A stretch of 63,979 bases of DNA, filler included, from Folioceros fuciformis (taxonomy: Eukaryota), in NCBI GenBank assembly GCA_049999805.1. It is 9 parts of 9 records of this genome, joined end to end, with 100 filler letters (N's around TTAATTAATTAA, not from the genome) between each part and the next. Parts side by side here need not be neighbours in the genome. Positions count along the whole stretch, not along the records: positions 62,197 to 63,979 come from JBNGIO010002221.1; 8 more parts are not named here. The stretch is one strand, 5' to 3'. Positions within the stretch are counted from its first letter, which is position 1, and every line of letters starts with the position of its first letter. A model generated the notes under the pieces. That model was not told the origin of the DNA. It did no database searches and saw only the letters and a program-made list of their open reading frames with translations. The translations under genes and the position numbers were made by a program. Positions 62,722 to 63,979 of the stretch are shown piece after piece.

Positions 62722-63979
62722 CGGCGGGACCCACCTGCACCGCCAACCAGGTCCAGCAGCAGCAGCAGTGATGTGGAGATCCTCTAGGAGGATCTGCCGG
62801 ACCAACGGAGGGGCAGAAGAGCGAGAGGAGGGGCAGCAAGGGGTGATACGCGAAGGCCAAGAGGAAGCCGCCAGCGGCGTGGGAAAGGGGGATAGTAAAT
62901 GCAAGCTAGAATAGGATTTTTTTAGCGTGCTTTATTCGGACCTAAGTCGCTCAGAATTTAAGAGCGCAGCTCCCCTGCCTGACAGACATTATGGCGGAAA
63001 AAACCACCATCACCGTGTACAAGAGGCCGGTTTGAAGGCCTAAGAAATCAGCAAGAACCAGCCGAACAGTCGACCTTGCAGGGACCTAGCAATGGCCGTT
63101 GCTGGATAGGAGGTCCAGGCAAGCGAGCGCACGTAGCAACTTGGGGTGCGAGTGTAGGTGGTGGGCGCTCTGTGATCAAGCTTGGGGACAAATCGGGAGG
63201 AGGGGCCTCGCCGAGTGGGAGAGAAGCTTCCCAGCTATCCTCGAGGTGGTCACGTGGGGTGGTGTGGGTGTCGGAGCCGAATCCGCGAGTGCGGAATGGA
63301 AGGGACTCCTCTTCCCTTAGCCCCGATACCTCACCATTCCTCAACGTTAATAGGAGCCCAGGAGGGGGCAGCACTGAGAAAGAAGACTGAAGAATCGGAG
63401 AAAGGAGAGCGCGGGAGTGCGCGTGTGTGAGAAGGAGGAGGAGCGAGTGGCCTAGTAGTGGGTAAGAGCAAATGCAAAAAGGAAGCCAGAAAGAGTGGAG
63501 CAGGGAGTGAAGCGGAGTGGAAGTGATTCGACAAGTGTTGAGATGGGCAGAATGTATACAGAGAACTGGTGAGTGGGGTAAGAGAGAACAAAGCCGGGGG
63601 GGGAACCCCGGAGGCAAGGTGGGTAATGTGTGTGGGGTGCAACGAGCCGTGGTGTGTATGAGTGATTGGTCGCGATGAGACTGGAGAAGCTGTGAAGCAC
63701 CTAAATGGAGACCGCAGGGGGTGTATCTAAGGTGTGAGATCACGCGGGTGGAAGGCGTCTAACAGATTGCTGCTGTTCATGCGTGCGTGCGCTTGTTTCT
63801 GAGGTGAGTGAGGCGGTTTTGTGGTGGACTAAGGAAGGGAAGCGCCAAAGGGGATGCGCGGGCAGGAGGTAATCAGTCGGGTAGGAATGACCCGGTGGGA
63901 GAGAAAATCCTAGAGAGAGAGAACTAAGAGAGAGAGAGAGTGGGACCCACGAGCGGTAGACCGTCAGGCGACCGTCGCC

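Noticed and set aside
63320..63331. AGGTATCGGGGC (minus strand) as a degenerate iMet PBS
   Set aside because: Three mismatches and no adjacent LTR-terminal CA

Overview
Eukaryotic nuclear DNA from a seed-free land plant with flagellated sperm. It carries a DRC11/IQCA1 dynein-regulatory gene and an EVG1/UPF0193 homolog; the compact genes with ~70-110 nt GT-AG introns suggest a hornwort-like genome (inference). The window is not contiguous: nine contigs are joined by identical 100-bp artificial spacers (N44-TTAATTAATTAA-N44), so adjacency across spacers means nothing. Gene-rich contigs contain, in order: the 3' end of a nucleostemin/GNL3 GTPase, a NIGT1/HHO GARP transcription factor with a cluster of P1BS sites upstream, an NMD3 pseudogene, an intronless orphan ORF (possibly FAM183/CFAP144-like), an ApoD-type lipocalin fragment, a type II metacaspase, an HMGB with N-terminal Cys/His motif, a 2OG-Fe(II) oxygenase head-to-head with a PhnP-like metallo-beta-lactamase, a large unknown multi-exon gene with GPDG-type repeats, EVG1, an FBW2/SKIP1-like F-box gene, a TIGR01589-domain gene, a DnaJ-like zinc-finger gene, tRNA-Asp(GTC), DRC11 and a divergent SmD3-like gene. 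Repeat-rich contigs hold degenerate Ty3/gypsy (chimeric integrase), Ty1/copia, PIF/Harbinger and CRE-like RLE non-LTR elements, a ~957-bp LTR-like unit in three copies (two head-to-tail), and several minisatellites. I see no convincing novel multi-gene system. The best leads are the P1BS/NIGT1 promoter, the SmD3 variant, the ApoD-type lipocalin and the orphan/ciliary candidates. All homology calls are from motif recognition by eye; no searches were run.
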